From contig NC_043011.1 of the NCBI RefSeq assembly GCF_006345805.1, positions 49,054,464 through 49,118,463 of the forward strand: a stretch of DNA of 64,000 nt, written 5' to 3'. Position numbers and translations under genes: made by a program. The notes beneath the pieces are model-generated. The model saw nothing but the letters and a program-made list of their open reading frames with translations. It made no database searches and was not told the origin of the DNA. Position 1 is the first letter of the stretch. Each line of letters opens with the position of its first letter. Below, piece by piece: positions 53,431 through 64,000 of this stretch. This stretch comes from Octopus sinensis (lineage: Eukaryota).

Positions 53431-54930
53431 CTGCTGCTACTGCTGCTGCTGATGATGATGATCTAAATTAGAGTTTCTCAACCATTTTTTCTTTACCTCT
53501 GGTCTCCTTTCCATTCCTGTTTTACTCGGATGAACCTATATTATATTTTTGTAATTAAATATTATGGATTCTATTAAAAAATATTTTGTGTTTAGTAGAA
53601 AGATGACCAATTTATTGCGGATAAATTTTAACACCAAATTCTGATATGGACCCCCAGGAGCCATATTGACCCTAGTTGGAAATCACTTACACACACACAC
53701 ACACTCAAATTCAAAGGGGTGGTCATTGTTGGAATGTCATTGATTATAGGTCTGCCTGATTATTGTAGACCTAGAGACAAGTAACAAGAACTAATATTAT
53801 TGCGACCACTTCTTTGTCCTGCAGGGAGAGATATACCCTTACCTTTTATAACTATTTAGAACTAGATGCACTGGCTGACTGAGAGCTTAATAAAGTGGCA
53901 TGTTATCAAATAACTGTAATTTTAAGCTGTTTCCCACTGTCAGGTCTAGCAGTGAGGTATGTTACCTATTTACAACTAAGTGGACAGTGTCTAAACAACT
54001 ACAATAACAAGTAATTCCACCTTAGTAATGCAGATTTCAGCAAGATATTTTAAAAAGCTAGGTGCAGGAGTGGCTGTGTAGTAAGAAGCTTGCTTACCAA
54101 CCATATGGTTCCGGGTTCAGTCTCACTGGCAACCTGTCCAGTCCATCACTGTTGGCATACATGCACATGCATGTGCATATGTGTGTGTGTGCAATTCTAC
54201 TCTAGTGATATGTTTATCACCAGTATTTCTATGCTATTATTGGTTTGTATAAAGAGTTATTTGAAGCAAGTAATATATCTACCAGTCAGATACTTAAGGT
54301 TTATTTAAGTAACTTCACCCAACTCAAATTACCATAGTTTTGACGCGATGCCAATGCAACAAAAGTTATTGGCACCAGAGCAGTGTGTTGCAGAATTGGT
54401 ACAGCATAAGATTTAAGGTCTTGGTGAATTTGGGTACATTTGCTGAGTTCAAATTCTTCAGAGGTCAAATTTCCCTTTTTATCTTTCCAGGTCCATTAAA
54501 ATAAATACAAGTGCACCCCACTTTGCAACCCCCTATTGTATGTTTTGTATTTTTTAATTTTTTGGTCATTTGAAGCTAATAAACATTATCATCATCGGCT
54601 GCTGCTGCTGCGTCATCGTCGTCGTCGGCGGCGGCGGCGGTGTCATCGTCATCATCATCATCATCATCATCATCAAGGCAGTGAGCAGGCCAAACTGCTA
54701 GCATGCCAGACAAACTGCTTTGCAGCATTTTGTCCTTCCTTGAGTTCAGAGTTCAAATTCTGCCAGGGTTGGCTTTGCCTTTCATCCTTTAGATGTCAAT
54801 AAAATATGTACCAGTTGAATACTGGAGACGATGCATTCAAGTAGTCCCCTCCTGCAAAATTTCAGGCATTGTGTCTAGAGTAGAAAGTATTATTACTATT
54901 ATTATTATTATTATTATCATCATTATTATT

Positions 54931-55368
54931 GACAGAGAGAGCAGTGTATGCCATCAAAGTGACACTGGGATAAAATATACGAAGCCCAGAATAACCAACA
55001 GGACTACCCGTCTGATAAGGGAACACCAGGCACATGCATCACAACCATATGAGCGCCACATGGTGGTCTCATATCAAGATAAACAGCACATGACCTTGCA
55101 GGTGGGGCCCAGGTAGAATTTTTGTCAGGCCGAGTAACCCATCCCGCTCAAAAGGTCCCTGAATAAGGATTGTTTAAGGATATTGAACAAAACACCTACG
55201 ATTTCAGAGGTGAATTATCCAAGCCCCAAATAATCCCTCTCAACACATCGCTATTCTCTTTGTGATCAGAGATGCACATATCATCAGCCACCAAGGGACA
55301 TGCTCAAGTGATTAAGGTCAAACAACTGATAAGCAAATCTTGATATTGAGCAGAATATTTGCTGTAGC

Positions 55369-55370
<2 letters not shown>
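54931..55370 (-). mobile_element. Second copy of the TAA-tailed ~430-bp element
   Basis: Collinear with 12231-12660; TAA arrays on both sides. Confidence 0.75.
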
Positions 55371-55408
<38 letters not shown>

Positions 55409-55550
55409 ATTATCATCATTATTTTTATAATTATTATTATTATCATTATTTTTATTATTATTCTTATTATTATTATTATCATTATTATTTTTATTATCAT
55501 TATTTTTATTATCATTATTTTTATTTTTATTATTATTATTATTATTATTA

Positions 55551-55589
<39 letters not shown>

Positions 55590-55642
55590 CATCATCATCA
55601 TTATTATTATCATTATTATTATCATTATTATTTTTATTATCA

Positions 55643-55688
<46 letters not shown>

Positions 55689-55978
55689 CATCATCATCAT
55701 TACTATTATCTTTATTATTATTATTATTATTATTATCATCATCATCATCATTACTATTATCTTTATTATTATTATTATCATTATTATTATTATTATTATC
55801 ATCATCATCATCATTATTATTATCTTTATTGTTATTATCATCATCATTGTTATTATCTTTATTGTTATTATTATCATTATCATTATTATTATCATTATTA
55901 TTATTATTATTAATATTATTATTATTATTATTATTAATATTATTATTATTATCATCATTATTATTATTATTATTACTC
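55370..55978. repeat. Long (TTA)/(TCA) trinucleotide array
   Basis: Direct reading. Confidence 0.95.
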
Positions 55979-56097
55979 AGCTGCAGAAACGAAACTACAA
56001 CAAACAATTAGAGTCTATATAGCTCCCTGGCTGGTCAGCTCCTGTCAAACTGCCAAACCCATGCGAACATGGAAAATGGATGTCTGTTGATGATATA

Positions 56098-56163
<66 letters not shown>

Positions 56164-56223
56164 CATATATATATATATAAATATATATATATATATGTAT
56201 GTATGTATAATATACAATACGCT

Positions 56224-56266
<43 letters not shown>

Positions 56267-56661
56267 GTGAATTTGGTCCAGATGTTTCTGTCTTTTTGAT
56301 TGTGTGATTGAAATCTCAATTCTGAAAATCTTTTGCTAAAATATTTCTTGTATTGCATTCAGTTTCAACTCAGAGCAGATCTACCATATTGCGTAGGATG
56401 TCTCTTGTATATAGACGCATAAAAATTCAAAAGAGAAACTTAATGAAGTCTTATTGTTCTTGGTCACAACATTTTAGACAAGAAAACTTTCGATATTCTT
56501 CACCTGATTATTATCATCATCATCATCATCATCATCATCATCGTTATCATTATTGTTGTTGTTTTTGCTGTTCTTGTTGTACTTCAAACAATATCACCAA
56601 AATCTCTAAAAGTGTTTGAGAAATGCACACTAATCACTGCCAACACTACCACTACCGCCAT

Positions 56662-56693
<32 letters not shown>

Positions 56694-56937
56694 TTACTTT
56701 TTAAAGTCAGGAGAAAATTGTTAAAAATGTTATAACAATATTGTGTTGTCTGAAACAAGCTGAACAACAAAATAGATGAAATATTTGAAATAGATAACAG
56801 AAATCATATGTAAATGTAAGAATTCTTTATTATTATTATTATTATTATTATTATTTATTATTATTATTATTATTATTATCATCATCATCATTGTTATTAT
56901 TATCATTAATATTATTATTATCATTATTATTATTATT

Positions 56938-57178
56938 GAGTGGAGGCGCGTGGCTTAGTGGTTAGGGTATCAGCATAATGAATGTAAGATTGTGGTTTCG
57001 ATTCCTGGACTGGGCGAAGCGTTGTGTTCTTGAGCAAAACACTTCATTTCATGTTGCTCCAGTCCACTCAGCTGGCAAAAGTGAGTAACACTGCGATGGA
57101 CGGGCCTCCTGTCCAGCTGGGGAACACATATGCCAGCGAAACTGGGACCATGAGCCTGGTTAGGCTTTAAAAGGGTGC

Positions 57179-57180
<2 letters not shown>
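56938..57180 (+). mobile_element. tRNA-headed SINE with V-domain-like tail, between TAA arrays
   Basis: TGGCTTAGTGG / GGTTTCGATTCC head; CACTGCGATGGACGGGCCTCCTGTCCAG segment. Confidence 0.75.
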
Positions 57181-57211
<31 letters not shown>

Positions 57212-57230
57212 CATTATTATTATTATTATT

Positions 57231-57402
57231 TTGGTTTGTTTCAGGTTTAGTCTTATTCTTGGTAGGACTTATGTGGGTAGCGGGTTCCTACCTATCACTT
57301 TAGGTATCCACAAGTTTCAGCTGTCTTTGAAGTGCTTAGAACCCTCCTTGCTGTCCCTAAGAGACAAACTTTCTCTATGAGCTCTACAAAAATCTTATAT
57401 AC
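57231..57402 (-). pseudogene. Second R4/Dong-type 3' end
   Basis: Translates LIEKVCLLGTARRVLS (compare LQKACLLGTARILRKVL); TAA repeats on both sides. Confidence 0.6.
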
Positions 57403-58009
57403 ATTATTATTGTTGTTCTTCTTGCTGTTGTTGTTGTTATCATCATTATTAGCATCATCATTATGTCTGTGTGAATGATAAATGGTTGTAGGTAATTAGA
57501 GCTTTTAAGTGATATAATTGAGACTAAATTGGCTTTAGACATGCAAGGTGAACGAGATTTTTCAAATTAGCTGCTATTCAACACAGTTCAGAAGAAAGGT
57601 GTTTCTATACTTTAGAGTCCTGCAAGAGTAAGTGAAGGGAGACAATGATCCCTGCTGACCTATTTAATTACAGATTTCATAGACTTACTTTCCTTAACCT
57701 CAACTGATTCTTTGGAAAATCATGGCATAACCTCTTTTACTTCTCAATTTAACTTCAATGAATGAGTAATTTAACAATATACAGGAGTTTTGTGTGTGTG
57801 AGATGGAAGTGGATGATGTAGACACATGCACATAGAGGCATACATGTACATATATATACCTATATATATCTATATCTATATAAATATATACATTCATATA
57901 AATATGTATGTGTGCATATGTGTTCGTGCTTCTGCATATACATGTACACAAATAACTCTATGTATGTATGTATGTATGTATGCATGCATATATATAAATA
58001 TACACATAT

Positions 58010-58183
58010 TTAGGTGCAGGAGTGGCTGTGTAGTAAGTAGCTTGCTAACCAACCACATGGCTCTGGGTTCAGTCCCACTGCGTGGCACCTTCAGCAAGTG
58101 TCTTCTGCTATAGCCCCGGGCCGACCAATGCCTTGTGAGTGGATTTGGTAGACGGAAACTGAAAGAAGCCTGTCGTATATATG

Positions 58184-58224
<41 letters not shown>

Positions 58225-58435
58225 CTGTGTTTGTGTGTCTGTGTTTGTTCCCTAGCATTGCTTGACAACCGATGCTGGTGTGTTTACGTCCCCATCACTT
58301 AGCGGTTCGGCAAAAAGAGACCGATAGAATAAATACTGGGCATACAAAAAGAATAAGTCCCGGGGTTGAGTTGCTCGACTAAAGGTAGTGCTCCAGCACG
58401 GCCGCAGTCAAATGACTGAAACAAGTAAAAGAAAA
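58010..58435 (+). mobile_element. Full-length family A SINE
   Basis: Matches the family consensus. Confidence 0.9.
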
Positions 58436-58538
58436 GAATATATATCTTTATGTACATACATATCTTTATGTATAATATATATACACCCTTCCTAATGTCA
58501 ACCACTGTACTGGGACATTTTTTGATATAAACACTAAC

Positions 58539-58571
<33 letters not shown>

Positions 58572-58730
58572 CACAAATTCACAGACAGACACACACATAC
58601 ACATACATAGAAATATATATATATATATATATATATAAATATATATACACATGTGCACATATATACATACATATGCATATACATTCATATACAAACTCAT
58701 ATATTTATACATATTATATATGCTTATATA

Positions 58731-59376
58731 CAGGGTGCATAAGGTATTTGAGGACAAAATTTTCTGGGTCATTGCTGCATTTTTTGCTAACTACTGTATA
58801 ATCTTTGTTACAGAAAATAATAATGGCAGACCCTCAGCTTACTCAAGAAATGAAGAGGCATGCTGTTATTGTGGTTATAAAGTTTGAGCATGGCGATTTA
58901 GAAATATCTTGATTTTTAAATATTGCAAGGTCTTTCATGTATAAAGTTTATAAGGAGGTAGAGACTGAAGATGGAAACGTATCCCCTGTATCAATGCATA
59001 GAAAGCATTCTAAATTCTCTGAAATCATGAGAACACCTGAATTTATCGAGCAAGTTCAACAGACCATTGATTACAATCCCAGAAAGTCCATCAGGTCAAT
59101 TGCAAAAGATCTACATGCGTCAGAAGGAACAGTCAGAAATGTTGTCCACAAAGGCATCAGATATAAGTCCTATATGATGAGGAAAGATCAATTTGTCAGA
59201 AAAAGCAAAAGAAAATCACTACATCAGATCTAAAAGGCTCTTAAACAAACTGAAAAATCCAGCAGAGAAGTTTTGATTTGGTTTTTCTCAAACAAGAAAA
59301 TCTTCGACCAAGATCAAAAAGTTAACTGAAGAAATGACAGATGGTTATGTGCAGACTCTACTGAAGTTCCAAGTTT
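58731..59376 (+). pseudogene. maT/DD37D-like (Tc1-mariner superfamily) transposon, 5' half
   Basis: TA|CAGGGTG terminus. ATG at 58823, MADPQLTQEMKRHAVIV..., one in-frame stop, HTH region RKSIRSIAKDLHASEGTVRNVV, then after frameshifts IWFFSNKKIFDQDQKVN*RNDRWLCAD (compare FFSDEKxF..D...N..NDR). Confidence 0.75.
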
Positions 59377-59944
59377 ATATATATATATATATATATAAGT
59401 AAATGGATATGTAAGTAAATGGATAAATAAGTAGATAGATAGGTACATAGGTAATATGTATATTACACACATACATACACACATATATACATACATATGT
59501 ACACATGTACATAAACAGAAACAGTATGCCACTCCAATAATGGGCAGAGTCAATGATTATTGAAGAGGTTCCAAGAAGCAACGAAATTTTTAATATATAC
59601 TAGTGTACATCTTAAAGTGTGCTTCTCCTTTCAGATTTATGCTTTTTACAATCGATATGTATATATATATATACACATATATATATATAACATAGTGCCT
59701 GAACAGTCTTTCAGCTGTCAGCTTCTGTCAAACTGTCCAACCCATGTCAGCATGGAAAATGAACGTTAACTGCTGATGAAGATGATGATGATATGTATAT
59801 ATATCCACACAGGGTATTTAATTTTATAAATGTAATTATATAATTATAATAAGGGCAACTACTGAGTAAACGCCACATGCTGGAAGATGCCAAATGGCTC
59901 TAAAATACCTTATTTATCATATACACATAGGCTGAAAGTGAGAG

Positions 59945-60005
59945 GGGATCTGATGATATGTCACAAAGGTGGACCCTTTATGGATGGGAAACCTAAGGTA
60001 ATCCC
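59945..60005 (+). ncRNA. Type-I hammerhead-like motif with non-canonical stem II (family H6); duplicate at 61806-61866
   Basis: GGGAU-CUGAUGA-[31 nt]-GAAA-CCUAAGG-UA-AUCCC. Stem I is 5 bp, stem III is ACCU-A-AGGU, and the triplet is GUA. The base of stem II does not pair, but there is an inner AAAGG/CCUUU hairpin. Confidence 0.55.
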
Positions 60006-60152
60006 ATAAACCGGTCTTCCCCATTTTTAGTATATACATATATATATATATATAACAGGAAGGTTTACGAAAATAAACAAAAGATGAAGGCAGGTGGAGT
60101 ACAAACAAACAAATGTATTAGTATGGTGCTCAGGAATAGAAATAGAAAAAGA

Positions 60153-60188
60153 CTTTTACATTTCGAGCCTACGCTCTTTGACAGAAAG
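60153..60188 (-). ncRNA. Minimal hammerhead-like motif with variant core (related to H5); duplicate at 62016-62051
   Basis: CUUU-CUGUCAA-A-GAGC-GUAG-GCUC-GAAA-U-GUA-AAAG. Stems I and II are perfect, but the core differs from CUGAnGA at two positions. Confidence 0.45.
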
Positions 60189-60465
60189 ATACACAGAAAA
60201 GAACAAGGAGAGAAACAAGGAGAGAAAAAATGCATGTAGGAGCTAACGATCTATCATGGCATCCTGACATGTATATATATATGTATGTATATATATATAA
60301 TATATATATAATATATATATATGTATATAATATATATACACCCTTCCTAATGTCAACCACTGTACTGGGACATTTTTTGATATAAACACTAACATATATA
60401 TATGTGTGGTGTGTGTGTGTGTGTGCACAAATTCACAGACAGACACACACATACACATACATAGA

Positions 60466-60497
<32 letters not shown>

Positions 60498-60587
60498 TAT
60501 ATACACATGTGCACATATATACATACATATGCATATACATTCATATACAAACTCATATATTTATACATATTTATATATGCTTATATA

Positions 60588-61228
60588 CAGGGTGCATAAG
60601 GTATTTGAGGACAAAATTTTCTGGGTCATTGCTGCATTTTTTGCTAACTACTGTATAATCTTTGTTACAGAAAATAATAATGGCAGACCCTCAGCTTACT
60701 CAAGAAATGAAGAGGCATGCTGTTATTGTGGTTATAAAGTTTGAGCATGGCGATTTAGAAATATCTTGATTTTTAAATATTGCAAGGTCTTTCATGTATA
60801 AAGTTTATAAGGAGGTAGAGACTGAAGATGGAAACGTATCCCCTGTATCAATGCATAGAAAGCATTCTAAATTCTCTGAAATCATGAGAACACCTGAATT
60901 TATCGAGCAAGTTCAACAGACCATTGATTACAATCCCAGAAAGTCCATCAGGTCAATTGCAAAAGATCTACATGCGTCAGAAGGAACAGTCAGAAATGTT
61001 GTCCACAAAGGCATCAGATATAAGTCCTATATGATGAGGAAAGATCAATTTGTCAGAAAAAGCAAAAGAAAATCACTACATCAGATCTAAAAGGCTCTTA
61101 AACAAACTGAAAAATCCAGCAGAGAAGTTTTGATTTGGTTTTTCTCAAACAAGAAAATCTTCGACCAAGATCAAAAAGTTAACTGAAGAAATGACAGATG
61201 GTTATGTGCAGACTCTACTGAAGTTCCA

Positions 61229-61233
<5 letters not shown>
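60588..61233 (+). pseudogene. Duplicate of the maT-like fragment
   Basis: Same sequence and same disablements as 58731-59376. Confidence 0.75.
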
Positions 61234-61260
<27 letters not shown>

Positions 61261-62151
61261 AGTAAATGGATATGTAAGTAAATGGATAAATAAGTAGATA
61301 GATAGGTACATAGGTAATATGTATATTACACACATACATACACACATATATACATACATATGTACACATGTACATAAACAGAAACAGTATGCCACTCCAA
61401 TAATGGGCAGAGTCAATGATTATTGAAGAGGTTCCAAGAAGCAACGAAATTTTTAATATATACTAGTGTACATCTTAAAGTGTGCTTCTCCTTTCAGATT
61501 TATGCTTTTTACAATCGATATGTATATATATATACACATATATATATATAACATAGTGCCTGAACAGTCTTTCAGCTGTCAGCTTCTGTCAAACTGTCCA
61601 ACCCATGTCAGCATGGAAAATGAACGTTAACTGCTGATGAAGATGATGATGATATGTATATATATCACACAGGGTATTTAATTTTATAAATGTAATTATA
61701 TAATTATAATAAGGGCAACTACTGAGTAAACGCCACATGCTGGAAGATGCCAAATGGCTCTAAAACTACCTTATTTATCATATACACATAGGCTGAAAGT
61801 GAGAGGGGATCTGATGATATGTCACAAAGGTGGACCCTTTATGGATGGGAAACCTAAGGTAATCCCATAAACCGGTCTTCCCCATTTTTAGTATATACAT
61901 ATATATATATATATATAACAGGAAGGTTTACGAAAATAAACAAAAGATGAAGGCAGGTGGAGTACAAACAAACAAATGTATTAGTATGGTGCTCAGGAAT
62001 AGAAATAGAAAAAGACTTTTACATTTCGAGCCTACGCTCTTTGACAGAAAGATACACAGAAAAGAACAAGGAGAGAAACAAGGAGAGAAAAAATGCATGT
62101 AGGAGCTAACGATCTATCATGGCATCCTGACATGTATATATATATGTATGT

Positions 62152-62201
<50 letters not shown>

Positions 62202-62771
62202 CATATACACAACATGCTTCTTTCAGTTTCCATCTACCACTTCCACTCACAAGGTTTTGGTTAGCTCGAGGCTAAAGTAGAAGACACTTTCCCAAGATGC
62301 CATGCAGTGTGACTGAACCCAGAACCATGTGGCTGGTGAACAAACTTCTTACCACACAGCAACACCGGCACTTATAATGTTGATTACCCATAAACTTTAA
62401 CAACAAAATCTTACGCGAAAACCCCTACAAAAGGTATTATGGTCCTTGGCTGAGAACCACTGATCCAAACAATCCTTCTATTTTAGGTTGAGAGAGAGTG
62501 ATTTGAGAGCAATTTCACTGCTGTTTCTAGCTGATCCATCAACCTTAAAGAGGCTCTTTCATTGGTTTCCAAGTCTGGTATTGTTACTGATATAGTAATT
62601 TAGGTTATTACAGCAGAGAGGAAGCTTCAAGATAAGTGGCAGTTAGTTGATTGTATGTTGTGTATCCGTACACAGAAAATTACTGAACTAAGAAAATTAT
62701 ACAGCTGACAACAAAATAATATGTTCTGTGGAACAAAATACATACGTATACATGCACATAAGTATAGATGC

Positions 62772-62820
<49 letters not shown>

Positions 62821-62843
62821 ACATATATACATATATATATATA

Positions 62844-62880
<37 letters not shown>

Positions 62881-63072
62881 CATATATATATGTGTGTGCG
62901 TATATATATATGTATGTATGTGCAAATATGTGTATGGGTGTGTACTATATATGTATATATATGCATACATACATATATGGGTATATATGTGTGCAAATAT
63001 TATGTGGGTATGTATACATCTATATATATATCTACATACGTATATATACATATATGTATATATGTATGTGTG

Positions 63073-63109
<37 letters not shown>

Positions 63110-63118
63110 ATACGTATA

Positions 63119-63167
<49 letters not shown>

Positions 63168-63400
63168 GTGCGTGGATAAATATACGTATATATACATGTA
63201 TATATATGTGTGTGTATATATACATATATATACATGCTTACATGTATTCACATATCTCTTCTCTGTATGTGAAACGTTTTATATGTTATGTCTATAGCTT
63301 GCTCTCTTTTTCACCCCTCTTCATTTATGCATATATATACATATAGGTATGTGTGTGAGTGTGTGTGTGCACATGTATGTGTGTGTGTTATATATCCTAC

Positions 63401-63438
<38 letters not shown>

Positions 63439-64000
63439 CATGTACACAAGAGAATACATTGATGGACAATAAGTAATTTATTGTGATATTCACAGCAGAC
63501 TGAACATGTCTCTACCTGGAAATATATATTTTGGAAATTAACTGTATATCCATCACTCAAAGATTAATAATGATGCTGACGATGATGAGGATGATGATGA
63601 TGACGACGATAATGACAACGATGATAATGCCAATATTTTATAGTGATGATGATGATAACACTTATTTTGAATATCAACAATAATGAGGACTCAAAATGCT
63701 GCTGCTGCCCCGATGATGTCGATGATGATGACGATGATGATGATGATGAATTATCATGATATCTATTATGAATATATTGATGGTGTGGTTAACAACAGTA
63801 TTAATAAAACTTATATTATTATCCATAACAATGATAGTTATAACAGTAGTAGAGTAATATTTGTCCAGCACGCTAATGATTCAGCCATCTCAGCAGTGTA
63901 ATAATAATAATAATAAAATAATAATAATGGTTAGTGTGCCGAGGTTATGATCACAAGGTTGTGAGTTCGAATCCTGGACCAGGCTGCGTGTTGTGTTCTT

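Larger units (their letters stand above)
58470..62175. repeat. Near-identical tandem duplication, unit about 1.86 kb
   Basis: Anchors at 58486/60341, 58731/60588, 59950/61811 and 60153/62016. The differences I found are microsatellite-length changes and small indels; breakpoints lie in (TA)n. Confidence 0.95.

Overview
Repeat-saturated, AT-rich animal genomic DNA. The SINE families, (TA)n/(CA)n/(TAA)n/(CAT)n density and transposon mix suggest an octopus or coleoid cephalopod; this is inferred from recalled repeat motifs, not from a database search. I could not support any host protein-coding exon, so the window is intronic or intergenic, and nearly all supplied ORFs are microsatellite or SINE translations. 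The only recognisable protein fragments are decayed transposon genes: a Penelope-like (Naiad-type) GIY-YIG endonuclease (10857-11369, minus) plus two further Penelope relics, a CR1 LINE 3' end, two R4/Dong-type 3' ends embedded in TAA arrays, an internally deleted mariner nested in a TTAA-type MITE, and a maT/DD37D-like transposase 5' half duplicated within a 1.86-kb tandem repeat. There are also two non-autonomous Helitrons, a long foldback element and dozens of tRNA-headed or RTE-tailed SINEs. The most notable signal, not visible in the ORF track, is a set of at least six unrelated sequence families carrying type-I hammerhead-ribozyme motifs (CUGAnGA...GAAA core, paired stem I, palindromic stem III, GUA or GUU cleavage triplet). 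Several sit in inverted duplications typical of Penelope-like termini. The copy at 41244-41338 has a fully canonical core. All folds were paired by eye, and no cleavage activity is demonstrated.
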